Below, piece by piece: positions 26,269 to 37,149 of a stretch of 64,000 bases of DNA; the stretch's first letter is position 1, and the number at the start of each line of letters is the position of its first letter. A program made the position numbers and the translations under genes. This DNA comes from Squalus acanthias. Taxonomy: Eukaryota. The notes beneath the pieces were generated by a model. That model saw only the letters and a program-made list of their open reading frames with translations, made no database searches and was not told the DNA's origin. Location of the stretch: assembly GCA_030390025.1 (NCBI GenBank), contig JASTWF010000034.1, forward strand, positions 5,642,001 to 5,706,000, written 5' to 3'.

Positions 26269-29209
26269 GTCTCCAAGCCACTGGGATCTGCCTGAGAGGA
26301 CAAAGATGGTTATTGTGTCAGCCTGTAATCCAGGCTTCATTCACCGGGCGAGAATCAGGCTAACTCAGCACAGGCAGGGGATCGAGCCTGGGCCTTTCAT
26401 GCTCTGTGTGTGGGCGTCACAGTCCCTCACCGGGGGAGATCAGGCTAACTCAGCACAGGCCGGGGATGGAGCCTGGGCCTTTCCTGCTCTGTGTTTGGGG
26501 GATCTCAGTACCCACTCCGGGAGGGGACATTTCAGGGGTGAGCACCCATCATTGTACGGGTCTAATTCCGCCTCTCTCTCTTGCAGTTAGTCTCGGAGTT
26601 CGTGACTGAGCAGAATGGCCCGCTGCTGCCCCGCGCACCCCACACGTTCAAGATGGACGACCTGCTGCGGGAGATGCAGGAGGTTGAGAACTGAAGGCTT
26701 TGACATGCTTAGCAGCGAGGTAAGATCACCCCTGGGTGCAGAGGGTCAAATCAGCACAGGCCGGGGATGGACCCTGGGCCTTTCCTGCCCAGATTCAGGC
26801 CCTGTTTCCACACCTCAAGCCCCCGTTGTGGCAGAGCTGGCGATGTCGGGGACATGAGTCGAGGACTTTCTGGCCACCGAGACGGCGGCAGACATATCGC
26901 AGGCCGACAGTGCAGCCGATTGGTCAAAGGAGTTCATCGCCCAGGTGACAGGTATGTGGACGGGCCACTCAGCATTGTGGGTACAGCGTCACTGAGCCCG
27001 GGCATTATGGGCACAGGATCATTGACACTGGGCATTGTGGGTACAGGGCCACTGACTCCGGGCATTGTGGGTACAGAGTCACTGACACTGGGCATTGTGG
27101 GTACAGAGTCACTGACCCCGGGCATTGTGGGTACAGGGTCACTGACACTGGGCATTGTGGGTACAGGGCCACTGACCCCGGGAATTGTGGGTACAGAGTC
27201 ACTGACACTGGGCATTGTGGGTACAGGGCCACTGACCCCGGGCATTGTGGGTACAGTGGCACTGACACTCGGCATTGTGGGTACAGGGCCACTGACCCCG
27301 GGAATTGTGGGTAAAGAGTCACTGACACTGGGCATTGTGGGTACAAGGTCACTGACACTGGACATTGTTGGTACAGGATCATTGACACTGGGCATTGTGG
27401 GTACAGGTTCACTGACCCCGGGCATTATGGGTACAGGGCCACTGACCCCGGGAATTGTGGGTAAAGAGTCACTGACACTGGGCATTGTGGGTACAAGGTC
27501 ACTGACACTGGACATTGTTGGTACAGTATCATTGACACTGGGCATTGTGGGTACAGGGTCACTGACCCTGGGCATTGTGGGTACAGGGCCACTGAGCCCG
27601 GGCATTATGGGTACAGAGTCACTGCCCCTTGGCATTGTGGACACAGGGTCACTGACCACGGGCATTATGGGTACAGAGTCACTCACCTGGGCATTGTGGG
27701 TACAGGGTCCCTGACACTGGGCATTGTGGGTACAGAGTCACTGACCCTGGGCATTGTGGACACAGGGTCACTGACCCTAGGCATTGTGGGTACAGAGTCA
27801 CTGACCATGGGAATTGTGGGTAAAGAGTCACTGACCCTGGGCATTATGGACACAGGGTCACTGACCCTGGGCATTGTGGTTACAGAGTCACTGACCCCGG
27901 GCATTATGGGTACAGAGTCACTGACCCTGGGCATTGTGGGTACAGGGTCCCTGACCCTGGGCATTGTGGACACAGGGTCACTGACCCTGGGCATTGTGGA
28001 CACAGGGTCACTGACCCTGGGCATTGTGGACACAGGGTCACTGAACCTGGGCATTGTGGACACAGGGTCACTGACCCTGGGCATTGTGGGTACAGGGTAA
28101 CTGACCCTGGCCATTGTGGGTACATGGTCACTGACACTGGGCATTGTGGACACAGAGTCACTGACACTGGGCATTGTGGGTACAGGGTCACTGACCCTGG
28201 GCCTTGTGGACACAGTGTCACTGAACCTGGGCATTGTGGGTACAGGGTCACTGACCCCGGGCATGTGGGTACAGGGTCACGGACATTGGGCATTGTGGGT
28301 ACAGGGCCACTGACCCAGGGCATTGTGGGTACAGGGTCACTGACGCTGCGCATTATGGACACAGGGTCACTGTCCCTGTGCATTGTGGGTACAGGGCCAC
28401 TGACCCCGGGCATTATGGGTACAGGGTCACTGACCCTGGGCATTGTGGATACAGGGTCACATTTCACTGGGCATTGTGGACAAATCGCCACTGACCCTGG
28501 GCATTGTGGGTACAGGGTCACTGACCCTGGGCATTGTGGACACCGAGTCACTGACCCTGGGCATTGTGGGTACAGGGCCACTGACACTGGGCATTGTGGG
28601 TACAGGGTCACTGACACTGGGCATTGTGGGTACAGGGTCACTGACAATGGGCATTGTGGGTACAGGGTCCCTGACCCCGGCCATTATGGACACAGGGCCA
28701 CTGACCCTGGGCATTATGGACACAGGGCCACTGACCCTGGGCATTGTGGGTACAGGGTCACTGCCACTGGGCATTGTGGGTTCAGGGTCACTGACCCGGC
28801 CATTATGGACACAGGGCCACTGACCCTGGGCATTATGGACACAGGGTCACTGACCCTGGGCATTGTGGGTACCGGGTCACTGACACTGGGCATTGTGGGT
28901 ACAGGGCCACTTACCCTGGGCATTGTGGGTACAGGGTCACTGACCCTGGGCATTGTGGGTACAGGGTCACTGACCCTGGGCATTATGGATACAGGGTCAC
29001 TGACCCTGGGCATTGTGGTTAAGGTCCTGAGGGTGATTACGGTCGCTCTGACTGTTTCACTTGAAATGGTGTTTGACCTCTGAATCTTCCTCTACCCTTA
29101 GACCCCGCTGTGACCTGCCCAGCAAAGTGGACCCTGGAATACCTGGAACAAACGGCAGAGGAACTGTGGCTGGGGAACCCGAGCTGGAGCAGAGTCAGGA
29201 ACTTAAATA
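26269..29209 (+). pseudogene. PEX5: PEX5 partial unprocessed pseudogene, copy C: exons 26269-~26292 (truncated), 26587-26719, 26820-26951, 29102-29209
   Basis: Translates [92 protein letters not shown] (cf. human [44 protein letters not shown]); DPAVTCPAKWTLEYLEQTAEELWLG. Canonical AG/GT sites with compatible phases, and multiple stops. Confidence 0.92.
26965..29020. repeat. 30-bp minisatellite, copy C (~68 units), intronic
   Basis: Continuous 30-bp period. Source of the 315-aa and 319-aa GIVGTGSLTL ORFs. Confidence 0.95.
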
Positions 29210-29239
29210 GTATGGAGCGGGAGGGGGTAACTGTGGTAA

Positions 29240-29970
29240 TGTCAGTGTAATGTAGAGGGAGCTCTATATTATACCTGCCCAGGGTGTGCACGATGCTGAC
29301 ACTGAGTATAAAGTGGGGGTACACTCTCAGGGTAATGTAGAGGGAGCTCTGTATTGTACCTGCCCTGGGAATGCTGGTGCTGACACTGGGTATAAAGTGG
29401 GGTACACTGTCAGGGTAATGTACAGGGAGCTATGCATTGTACCTGCCCTGGGAGTGCACGATGCTGACACTGGGTATAAAGTGGAGGGACTCTGTCAGGG
29501 TAATGTAGAGGGATCTCTGTATTGTACCTGCCCTGGGATTGCTCGATGCTGACACTGGGTATAAAGTGGGGGTACACTCTCAGGGTAATGTAGAGGGAGC
29601 TCTGTATTGTACCTTCCCCGGGAATACACGATGCTGACACTGGGTATAAAGTGGGGGTGCAGTGTCAGGGTAATGTAAAGGGAGCTCTGTACTGTACCTA
29701 CCCTGGGAGTGCATGATGCTGACACTGGGTATAAAGTGGGGGGACACTGTCATGGTAATGCAGAGGGAGCTCTGTACTGTACCTGCCCTGGGAGTGCACG
29801 ATGCTGACACTGGGTATAAAGTGGGGGTACACTCTCAGGGTAATGTAGAGGGAGCTCTGTATTGTACCTTACTCGGGAATGCACGATGCTGACACTGGGT
29901 ATAAAGTGGGGGTACAGTGTCAGGGTAATGTAGAGGGAGCTCTGTATTGAAACTTCCCCGGGAGTGGGAG
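29240..29970. repeat. 85-bp minisatellite, copy C (~8.5 units)
   Basis: Same unit as at 20625. The ORF track shows 85-bp offsets (29410, 29495, 29580). Confidence 0.92.
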
Positions 29971-30254
29971 AAACAGAGAAGATAGAAGCAGGAGTAGGCC
30001 ATTCGGCCCCTCGAGCCTGCTTCACCATTCAATGCGATCATGGCTGATCATACAAATTCAGTACCCTGTCCCGGCCTTCTCCCCATATCCCTTGATCCCT
30101 TTAGCCTTAAGAAATATATCCAAATCCTTCTTGAATATATTTAATGAATTGGCCTCTACTGCCTTCTATGGTAGATAATTCCACAGGTTCACCAGTCTCT
30201 GGGACAATAAATTCCTCCTCATTTCTGTCCTAAATGTCTTACCCCTTATCCTTA

Positions 30255-31176
30255 AAAATGAGAAGTCGCACAACATCAGGTGATAGTCCAACAGATTTAT
30301 TTAAAATTACAAGCTTTCGGAGCTGTTGCCCCTTCATCAGGTAGAGTTACAATGAGGGAATCTACAATATATCACAGTATATAAACACCGAAAGCAATTT
30401 GTCTGCAGAGACACAATCTTTCAGGGAGGCCTTACATCAAAGACACACCAGAGCACAGCCAAGACAATGAGATGGGTCACAGGGGGTCCAACGTGTCAAA
30501 TCCTTCCTACCTGATACATTGCAGGAAAGGATGCCCCAGAGCATGGTACATTGGCGAGACCATGCAGACACTGAGACAACGTATGAACGGACACCGCACA
30601 ACAATCGCCAGGCAGGATTGTTGCCTCCCAGTCGGGGAACACTTCAGCAGTCAAGGACATTCAGCCTCGGATCAGCGGTTTAGCGTTCTCCAAGGCGGCC
30701 TTCGAGACACACGACAACGCAAAATCATCGAGATAGCCAAGTTACGCACCCATGAGGATGGCCTCAATAGGGATATAGGGTTCATGTCACGCTAGAGAAC
30801 GTGACTCGACATCGTTGTCTGTCTTTCCAGTTTTTAAAAGAAAAACACACACCAAAAAAAAAAGTTAAAAGCTGAACTGCAGACAGCAGGATTTGACACG
30901 TTGGGCCCCCTGTGACCCATGTCATTGTCTTGGCTGTGCTCTGGTGTGTCTTTGATGTAAGGCCTCCCTGAAAGATTGTATCTCTGCAGACAAATTGCTT
31001 TCGGTGTTTATATACTGTGATATATTGTAGATTCCCTCATTGTAACTCTACCTGACGAAGGGACAACAGCTCCGAAAGCTTGTAATTTTAAATAAATCTG
31101 TTGGACTATAACCTGGTGTTGTGCGACTTCTCATTTTTGTCATCCCCAGTCCAACACCGGCATTTCCGCATCATGA
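30255..31176 (+). mobile_element. Penelope-like element fragment: GIY-YIG endonuclease C-terminus with inverted pseudo-LTR
   Basis: ORF ending at 30795 (YLIHCRKGCPRAWYIGETMQTLRQRMNGHR...VGEHFS...HEDGLN). ~250-bp inverted repeat at 30255-30504 versus 30888-31138. TSD CCCTTATCCTTA at 30243-30254 and 31177-31188. Confidence 0.88.
31048..31085 (+). ncRNA. Minimal hammerhead-ribozyme-like motif in the Penelope pLTR (inverted twin on the minus strand at 30307-30344)
   Basis: CTGACGA-A-GGGAC-AACA-GCTCC-GAAA-GCTT. The twin reads CTGATGA-A-GGGGC-AACA-GCTCC-GAAA-GCTT, with a pairable helix II and palindromic AGCT helix III. Helix I is weak (3 bp). Confidence 0.6.
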
Positions 31177-32190
31177 CCCTTATCCTTAGACTGTGACGCC
31201 TGGTTCTGGACTCCCCGGCCATCGTGAACATCCTTCCTGCATCTAGTCTGTCCAGTCCTGTCAGAATTTTATATGTTTCAATGAGATCCCCTCTCATTCT
31301 TCTAAACTCCAGCGAGTATAAGCCCAATCGATCCAATCTCTCCTCATACGTCATTCCTGCCATCCCGGGTATCCGCGTGGTGAATCTTCGCTGAACTCCT
31401 TCCATGGCAAGAACCTCCTTCCTCAGATAAGGCGACCAAAACTGCACACAATACTCAAGATGTGGTCTCACCAGGGCCCTGCACAACTGCAGCAAGACAT
31501 CCTTGTTCCTGTACTCAAACCCTCGCTCCGAAGGCCAACATTCATTTGCTGCCTTAACCGCCTGCTGCACCTGCATGCTTACCTTCAGCAACTGGTGCAC
31601 TAGGACACCCAGGTCTCGTTGCACTTCCCCTTCTCTCAATCTATTGCCATTCAGATAATAATCTGCCTTCCTGTTTTTGACACCAAAGTGGATAACCTCG
31701 CATTTATTCACGTTATCTTGCATCTGCCATGCTTCTGCCCAATCATCCAAACTGTCGAAATCATCCTGGAGTTTCTCGGCATCCTCCTCACAGCACACAC
31801 GCCCACCCAGCTTTGTGTCGTCTGCAAACTTGGAGATATTACATCTGGGTCCCTCGCCTAGATCATTTAATATATATTGTGAATAGCTGGGGTCCAAGGA
31901 CCGATCCCCACTAGTCACTGCCTACCACTCGGAAAAAGACCCATTAATTCTTACTCTCTGCTTTCTGTCTGCCAACCAGTTCTCTATCCAAGTCAATACC
32001 TTGCCCCCCAATCCCATGTGCCTTAACTTTACACGCTAATCTCTTATATGGGACCTTATCAAAAGCCTTTTGAAAGTCCAAATACACCACATCCACTGGT
32101 TCTCCCTTATCTATTTTACCAGTTACATCCTCAAAAAATTCCAGTGGATTAGTCAAACACGATTTACCTTTTGTAAATCCATGTTGACTT

Positions 32191-32668
32191 TGGAGGGGCT
32201 ATGGCTGCTTTGTGTCATTATTCCCGGCTGCTGTGTGATTGGCTCCCGGTTCCTTTGTGATGTCACCTGGAGTCAGGTTTTCGCCCCTGGTTACGGCCCA
32301 TCAGTGGGATGTCGGTGTGGGAGGAGTTGGAGTGACAGCTGACACTGGCAGTGAGTTTAGTCAAATTAAATATAATCAGAATAAAAAAACAGTCCCACTG
32401 TATTCCAGTTACAGATTCTGGGATTAATATGAATCATCTTACTGTTGACAGTCTCTGGGAGTGAGCAATATCTCAGGAAGGTGGAGAGAGAGAAGTCGAA
32501 TCATCGCCTCACTGACTGGGACTGGAGAAATGTCGCTGGTTTCACAGAGCAGATCCGGCGGGACCGAGATCCCCATTTTCGGAAAAGGGATAAAACAGGA
32601 AGCTTCAACAATGATTGGAAAGGTGAGGAAATTTACTGAGAATCCCATCAGTCCAAGATTTATCCAAT
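32191..32668 (+). other. Orphan 5' gene module, copy C (217-bp exon 32452-32668)
   Basis: Colinear with copies A and B. Possible donor GTGAGT at 32351. ATG at 32611 reads MIGKVRKFTENPISPRFIQ, followed by donor GTGAGA. Confidence 0.5.
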
Positions 32669-32911
32669 GTGAGAGTCTAACCAGATACTGGGAGCTGGTC
32701 AACATCTCGCATAAGGCTCAGCTGAACCAAATTAGTGGGAGCTTTACTCTGTACGCCACCCATTCCGTGCCTGCCCAGAGAGTGTTTTGGGTTTCCATTG
32801 TAGAGGAAGCTTTACTTTGCATCTCTCTATCTTACCCGTGCTTTACCTGCCCTTTGACTGTCTGATTGGGCAGTCTAATGCGAGCTTTAGTCTGTGTATA
32901 ACGCATGATAT

Positions 32912-33021
32912 ATGCAGGAAGAAATCACTGGACTGGTCAGTTGTGCAGAAAAGGGGCAAATGGGATTCAATCTGGAGAATTGTGAGGTTATGCGTTTCGG
33001 AATGACTGACAAGGCAAGAGG
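32912..33021 (+). mobile_element. Short decayed CR1 RT fragment
   Basis: Reads QEEITGLVSCAEKGQMGFNLENCEVMRFGMTDKAR, resembling the CR1 W(A)EKWQMEFN..KCEVMHFGR.NKAR segment. Confidence 0.65.
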
Positions 33022-33170
33022 TCCCACAGTATCAGAGATTGTCAGATACAGAATGAATCGCACGCTCATACACAGCAGCAGAGACTGACAGAAACAGAAT
33101 AAATTGCACACTCACACAGAGGGAGTCACAGAGTGGGTCTATACTTAGGGACTCCACAGATGGAGTCACA

Positions 33171-35620
33171 GAGTCTTCTTCTTAGGCAGTCCCACGGAAA
33201 CGAGGATGAGTGAGCACAGATGCAAGTGTCGTCTGCATACTGTAATTCGATGACAGAGGATGGAACGACCTTGGATCTGGACTGGAGGCGATGGAGATTG
33301 AACAGTTTCCCATTTGTTCTGTAGATTAGCTCCACTCCGGCGGGGAGCTTACTGAGGGTGAGATGGAGCATTGCAGCCAGGAACAACGAGAAGAGCGTTG
33401 TTGCGATGACACAGCCTTGCTTGACCCCGGTCCATACATGAATTGGGTCTCTGGTGGATCTGTTTGTCAGGATTACAGCTTGAATGTTGTCGTGAAGCAG
33501 GCGGAGGAAGGTGACAAACTTTTGAGGGCTGCTGAATTTGAGGAGGATACTCCATAATCACTCACGGTTGATGGTGTCGAAGGCCTTTATGAGGTCAAAG
33601 AAGACCATGTACAGCGGTTGGTGCTGTTCCCTGAATTTCTCTTGTAGTTGAGGCGCGGTGAAGATCATGTCCATTGTGCCCCTTCGTGGGCGTAATCCGC
33701 ATTGCCATTCTGGGAGTAGCTCTTCAGCCACTGGGAGAAGGCGATTGAGGAGGTTTCTTGCGATGACTTTCCCTGTGGCAGACAGCAGGGAGACTGCTCT
33801 GTAATTACCACAATCAGACTTGTCACCTTTCTTGAAGATGGTCACGATTACGGCGTCTCTGAGATCCCCTGGCATGCTCTCCTCCTTCCAAATAAGAGAA
33901 ATGAGTTCATGTATTCGCGCCAATAGTACTTCTTCACCATGTTTTAGCGCCTCGGCGGGGATTCCATCTGCTCCTGAGGCCTTGTTGTTCTTCAGTTGTC
34001 GGATGGCCTTTTCAACCTCATGCCGGACTGAGGTTGTGCTGAGGTGGTTGCGGGCAGCATGCTGCGGGATGGAGTTGAGGACACTCGCATCGAAGACAGA
34101 GTTTCGGTTAAGCAGGTCTTCGAAGTCTCCTTCCAGGGGGCACTGTCTACCTCTCTGTCCTTGATGAGTACCTCTCCATTCTTAGCCCGCAGTGGGGTAG
34201 GACCATGGGTGCTTGGGCAGTAGGTGGTCTTGAATGCGCTAAAGAATCCACGCACGCCGTGGTTGTCGGCTAGCTGCTGGATCTCCTGCGCTTTCTCCAC
34301 CCACCATCTGTTCTTAGGTCGCGAGTTTTTTGTTGGACCTCGGCCTTCAATGTCTCTAGAGCTGCTTTCTTGCTCTCGAGTTCTGTTACTGTTTCCAGAT
34401 CAGCAATGCCTTGCCCTTGCGACTTATCAGCTAGTGGATCTCCTGGTCGTTCTTGTTGAACCAGTCTTGATTTTTCCTGGTCGAGTGACCGAGCGTCTCT
34501 TCGCAGGTGCTGATTATGGAGGCCTTGAGTGCAGACCAGGCGCCGTGGACACTGTGTCTCTGAATCACTGGGAGTCGTCAGGGTGGTTGTGAGGCGCAGG
34601 CTGAATAGAGCTTTCTTAGCAGGGTCTTTGAGTGCTCCAGGCGTTGATTTTCCTGCGGCATTGCATCTGTTGCCGCCGCTGTTTTGGGGCTACGTTGATG
34701 GAGATCACAGAGCTGATTAGGCAGTGGGCTGTCCAGCCTGCATCAGCTCCTGTCATGGCACAGGTGATGCGGACGTCCTTGCGGTCCCTCGCTCGGGCGA
34801 TGACGTAGTCCAACAGATACCAGTGTTGGAGCGAGGGTGTTGCCATGAAGCCTTGTACTTGTCTCTCTGACGGAACAAGGTGTTGGTTATGAAAAGGCCA
34901 TGTTCTTAGCATTTCGTCAGGAGGAGGGTACCATTGGAGTTGGCTTTCCCTACCCCCTCTCTGCTGATCACACCTCCCAGAGGTCTGTGTCCTTTCCACC
35001 TCTGGTGTTGAAGTCGCCAAGGGGGATCAACTTGTCGCCCATTGGGACTCGGGACAGGGATTGTTCGAGGCTGGAGTAGAATTCGTCTTTGGTCTTGTCT
35101 GTGGCTTCCAGTGTTGGGGCGGATGCACTGATGACCGTAGCGCACTGGTTCCGGGCTAGGTTGAGCCATGAGTGATGAGGCGTTCATTTATTCCACAAGG
35201 GGAGTCTCTGAGACGTTTAACTAGCTCATTTTTTATGGCCACAACTACCCCATGGAGGCGGCGTTCTTCTTCAGGTTTGCCTTTCCAGAAGAAGGTGTAC
35301 CCACAGCCTTGCTCCTTGAGCTGGCCTTCCTCTGGCCACTGGGTCTCGCTTAGGGCGGTGATGTCTATGTCGAAACGTCTGAGCTCCCGGGCAACGATAG
35401 CACAATGGCGTTCCGGTCTGTCGCTGTTGGGCTTGTCCATGAGGGTTCTGATGTTCCAGGTCCCGAACTTCATTTTAAAGGGTGGAAGATGCCTTTGCGT
35501 GAATTCTTTTAACGTGGGTTGGCCGTTGCACACCAGCTACCAAAAAAGGCTTGACAGAGCAAGGTCTTGGTCCAATGGCAAGGGGATCCAAGACGATTGG
35601 AGACCAGGCTCTGCTACATC
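33171..35620 (-). mobile_element. RTE-clade LINE, degenerate; intact 5' endonuclease start, internal deletion after YADD joined to the 3' tail
   Basis: APE N-terminus MKFGTWNIRTLMD...ELRRFDIDITALSET..EEGQLKEQGCGYTFFWKG. RT segments DAVIVTIFKKGDKSDCGNYRAVSLLS, FFDLIKAFDTINRE and IELQYADD. 3' end GGGACTGCCT(AAG)n. Many frameshifts. Confidence 0.9.
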
Positions 35621-35794
35621 GGCCGAGCACACGCACTCAACCCACCCCTACTGTCCTCCTCCCTCTTCCCGCAGGTCCTCTCTGCCTGGGTTTCATAGGC
35701 TGCAGTGTGGTCCTCCCGACCCCGCTGCGCCACTCCTGGGCATCGACCTTGCCCCCGGGCCCCTCCCTCGCCCCTGGGCCCCGCCCTTCTCATC

Positions 35795-36028
35795 GTGTGT
35801 CTCCTTCCAGTGAGTGTATCCCGCGGTGTGTCTCCTTCCAGTGAGTGTGTCCCGCGGTGTGTCTCCTTCCAGCGAGTGTGTCCCGCGGTGCCTCCTTCCA
35901 GTCAGTGTGTCCCGCGGTGTGTCTCCTTCCAGTGAGTGTGTCCCGCGGTGTGACTCCTTCCAGTGAGTGTGTCATGCGGTGTGTCTACTTCCAGTGAGTG
36001 TGGCCCGCGGTGTGTCTCCTTCTAGTGA
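35795..36028. repeat. 31-bp minisatellite (GTGTGTCTCCTTCCAGTGAGTGTGTCCCGCG), ~7.5 units
   Basis: CCGCGG at 35821 and 35852. Confidence 0.9.
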
Positions 36029-36443
36029 GGGAGCTTTATGCTGTATCTAACGTGTACTGCATCTGCCCTGGGAGCGTTTGATGGGACAGAGTAGAGGGAG
36101 CTTTAATCTGTATCTAATCCATGCTGCAGCCGCCCTGCGAGTGTTGATGGGACAGTACAGAGGGAGCTTTACTCTGTCTAACTCGTGTTCTCCCTGTCCT
36201 GGACGGGTTTGATGGGACAGTGTAATCGGGAGCTTTACTCTGTATCACACATTGTCTGAATGTGTCCTGGAAGTGTTTGATGGGATAGTGTAGAGGGAGC
36301 TTTGCTCTGTTTCTAACTCCCGCTGTACCTGCCCTGGGAAAGTTTGATGGGACAGTGTAAAGGGAGCATTACTCTCTATCAAACGTGGTCTGAACCTGCC
36401 CTGGGAGTGTTTGATGAGACTGTTTAGAGGAAGCTTTACTCTG
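36028..36443. repeat. 67-bp minisatellite, diverged block
   Basis: GAGGGAGCTTTACTCTGTATCTAA...GATGGGACAGTGTA units. Confidence 0.85.
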
Positions 36444-37148
36444 CACATTCACTTTCAATGACACATGTACAAGGACACCCAGGTCCCTTTGTGCATCTGC
36501 GTTCACCAATCTTTCACCATTTAGGAAATACTCTGCCTTTCTGTTTTGTCTACCAAACTGGATAACTTCACATTTATCGACATTATATTCCATCTGCCAT
36601 GTTCACGCCCCTCACTGAGCCCTTTGAGATCCCCTTGAAGTCTCTTCACATCTTCTTCACAACTGACACTGCCACCTAGCTTTGTATCATCAGCAAATTT
36701 GGAAATGTTACATTTAGTCCCCTCATCCAAATCCTTGGTATAGATTGTGAATAGCTGGGGTCCAAGCACCGATCCTTGTGGTACACCACTGGTCACAGCC
36801 TGCCATCCTGAAAAATACCCGTTTTTCCCTACTCTTTGTTTTCTGTCTGTTAACCAATTCTGAAACCATGCTATTATATAACCCCCAATTCAATGTGCCC
36901 TCATTTTGTTCACCAAACTCTTGTGTGGGACCTTATCGAAGGTCTTATGAAAATACAGATACACCACATCCACCGGTTCCCCTTTGTCTACTCCAGTAGT
37001 TACATCCTCAAAGAACTCCAATATGTTTGTCAAACAGGATTTCCCTTTCCTAAATCCATGCTGACTCTGCCCAATCTTACTATTAGTTTCTAAGTGCCCA
37101 GTTATTGCATCCTTTATAATAGATTCCTGCATTTTCCCAACTACTGAT
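36444..37148 (-). mobile_element. CR1 LINE internal RT fragment
   Basis: QHGFRKGKSCLTNILEFFEDVT...FDKVPH; WQAVTSGVPQGSVLGPQLFTIY; FADDTKLGG. Confidence 0.92.
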
Positions 37149-37149
37149 C

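Larger units (their letters stand above)
29971..32190 (-). mobile_element. 5'-truncated CR1 LINE (RT domain to 3' tail) inserted in module C, with a nested Penelope element
   Basis: Peptides LEFFEDVTGKIDKGEPVDVVYLDFQKAFDKVP, ISKFADDTKLGG and LVRPHLEYCVQFWSP. 3' UTR ...GGCCGAATGGCCTACTCCTGC at the left end. Splits the GTGGGAG|GGGCTA sequence that is intact in copy B. Confidence 0.92.

Noticed and set aside
26767..29083. GIVGTGSLTL / PGVSDPVPTM repeat ORFs (also 19550-20414) as mucin-like or adhesin-like proteins
   Set aside because: A 30-bp intronic minisatellite, open on both strands, lying between recognisable PEX5 exons.
19160..29209. A functional PEX5 gene assembled from the best exons of copies A-C
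   Set aside because: The 36-bp, 132-bp and 108/109-bp exons each carry a stop, deletion or frameshift in every copy present, and the start and TPR exons are absent.
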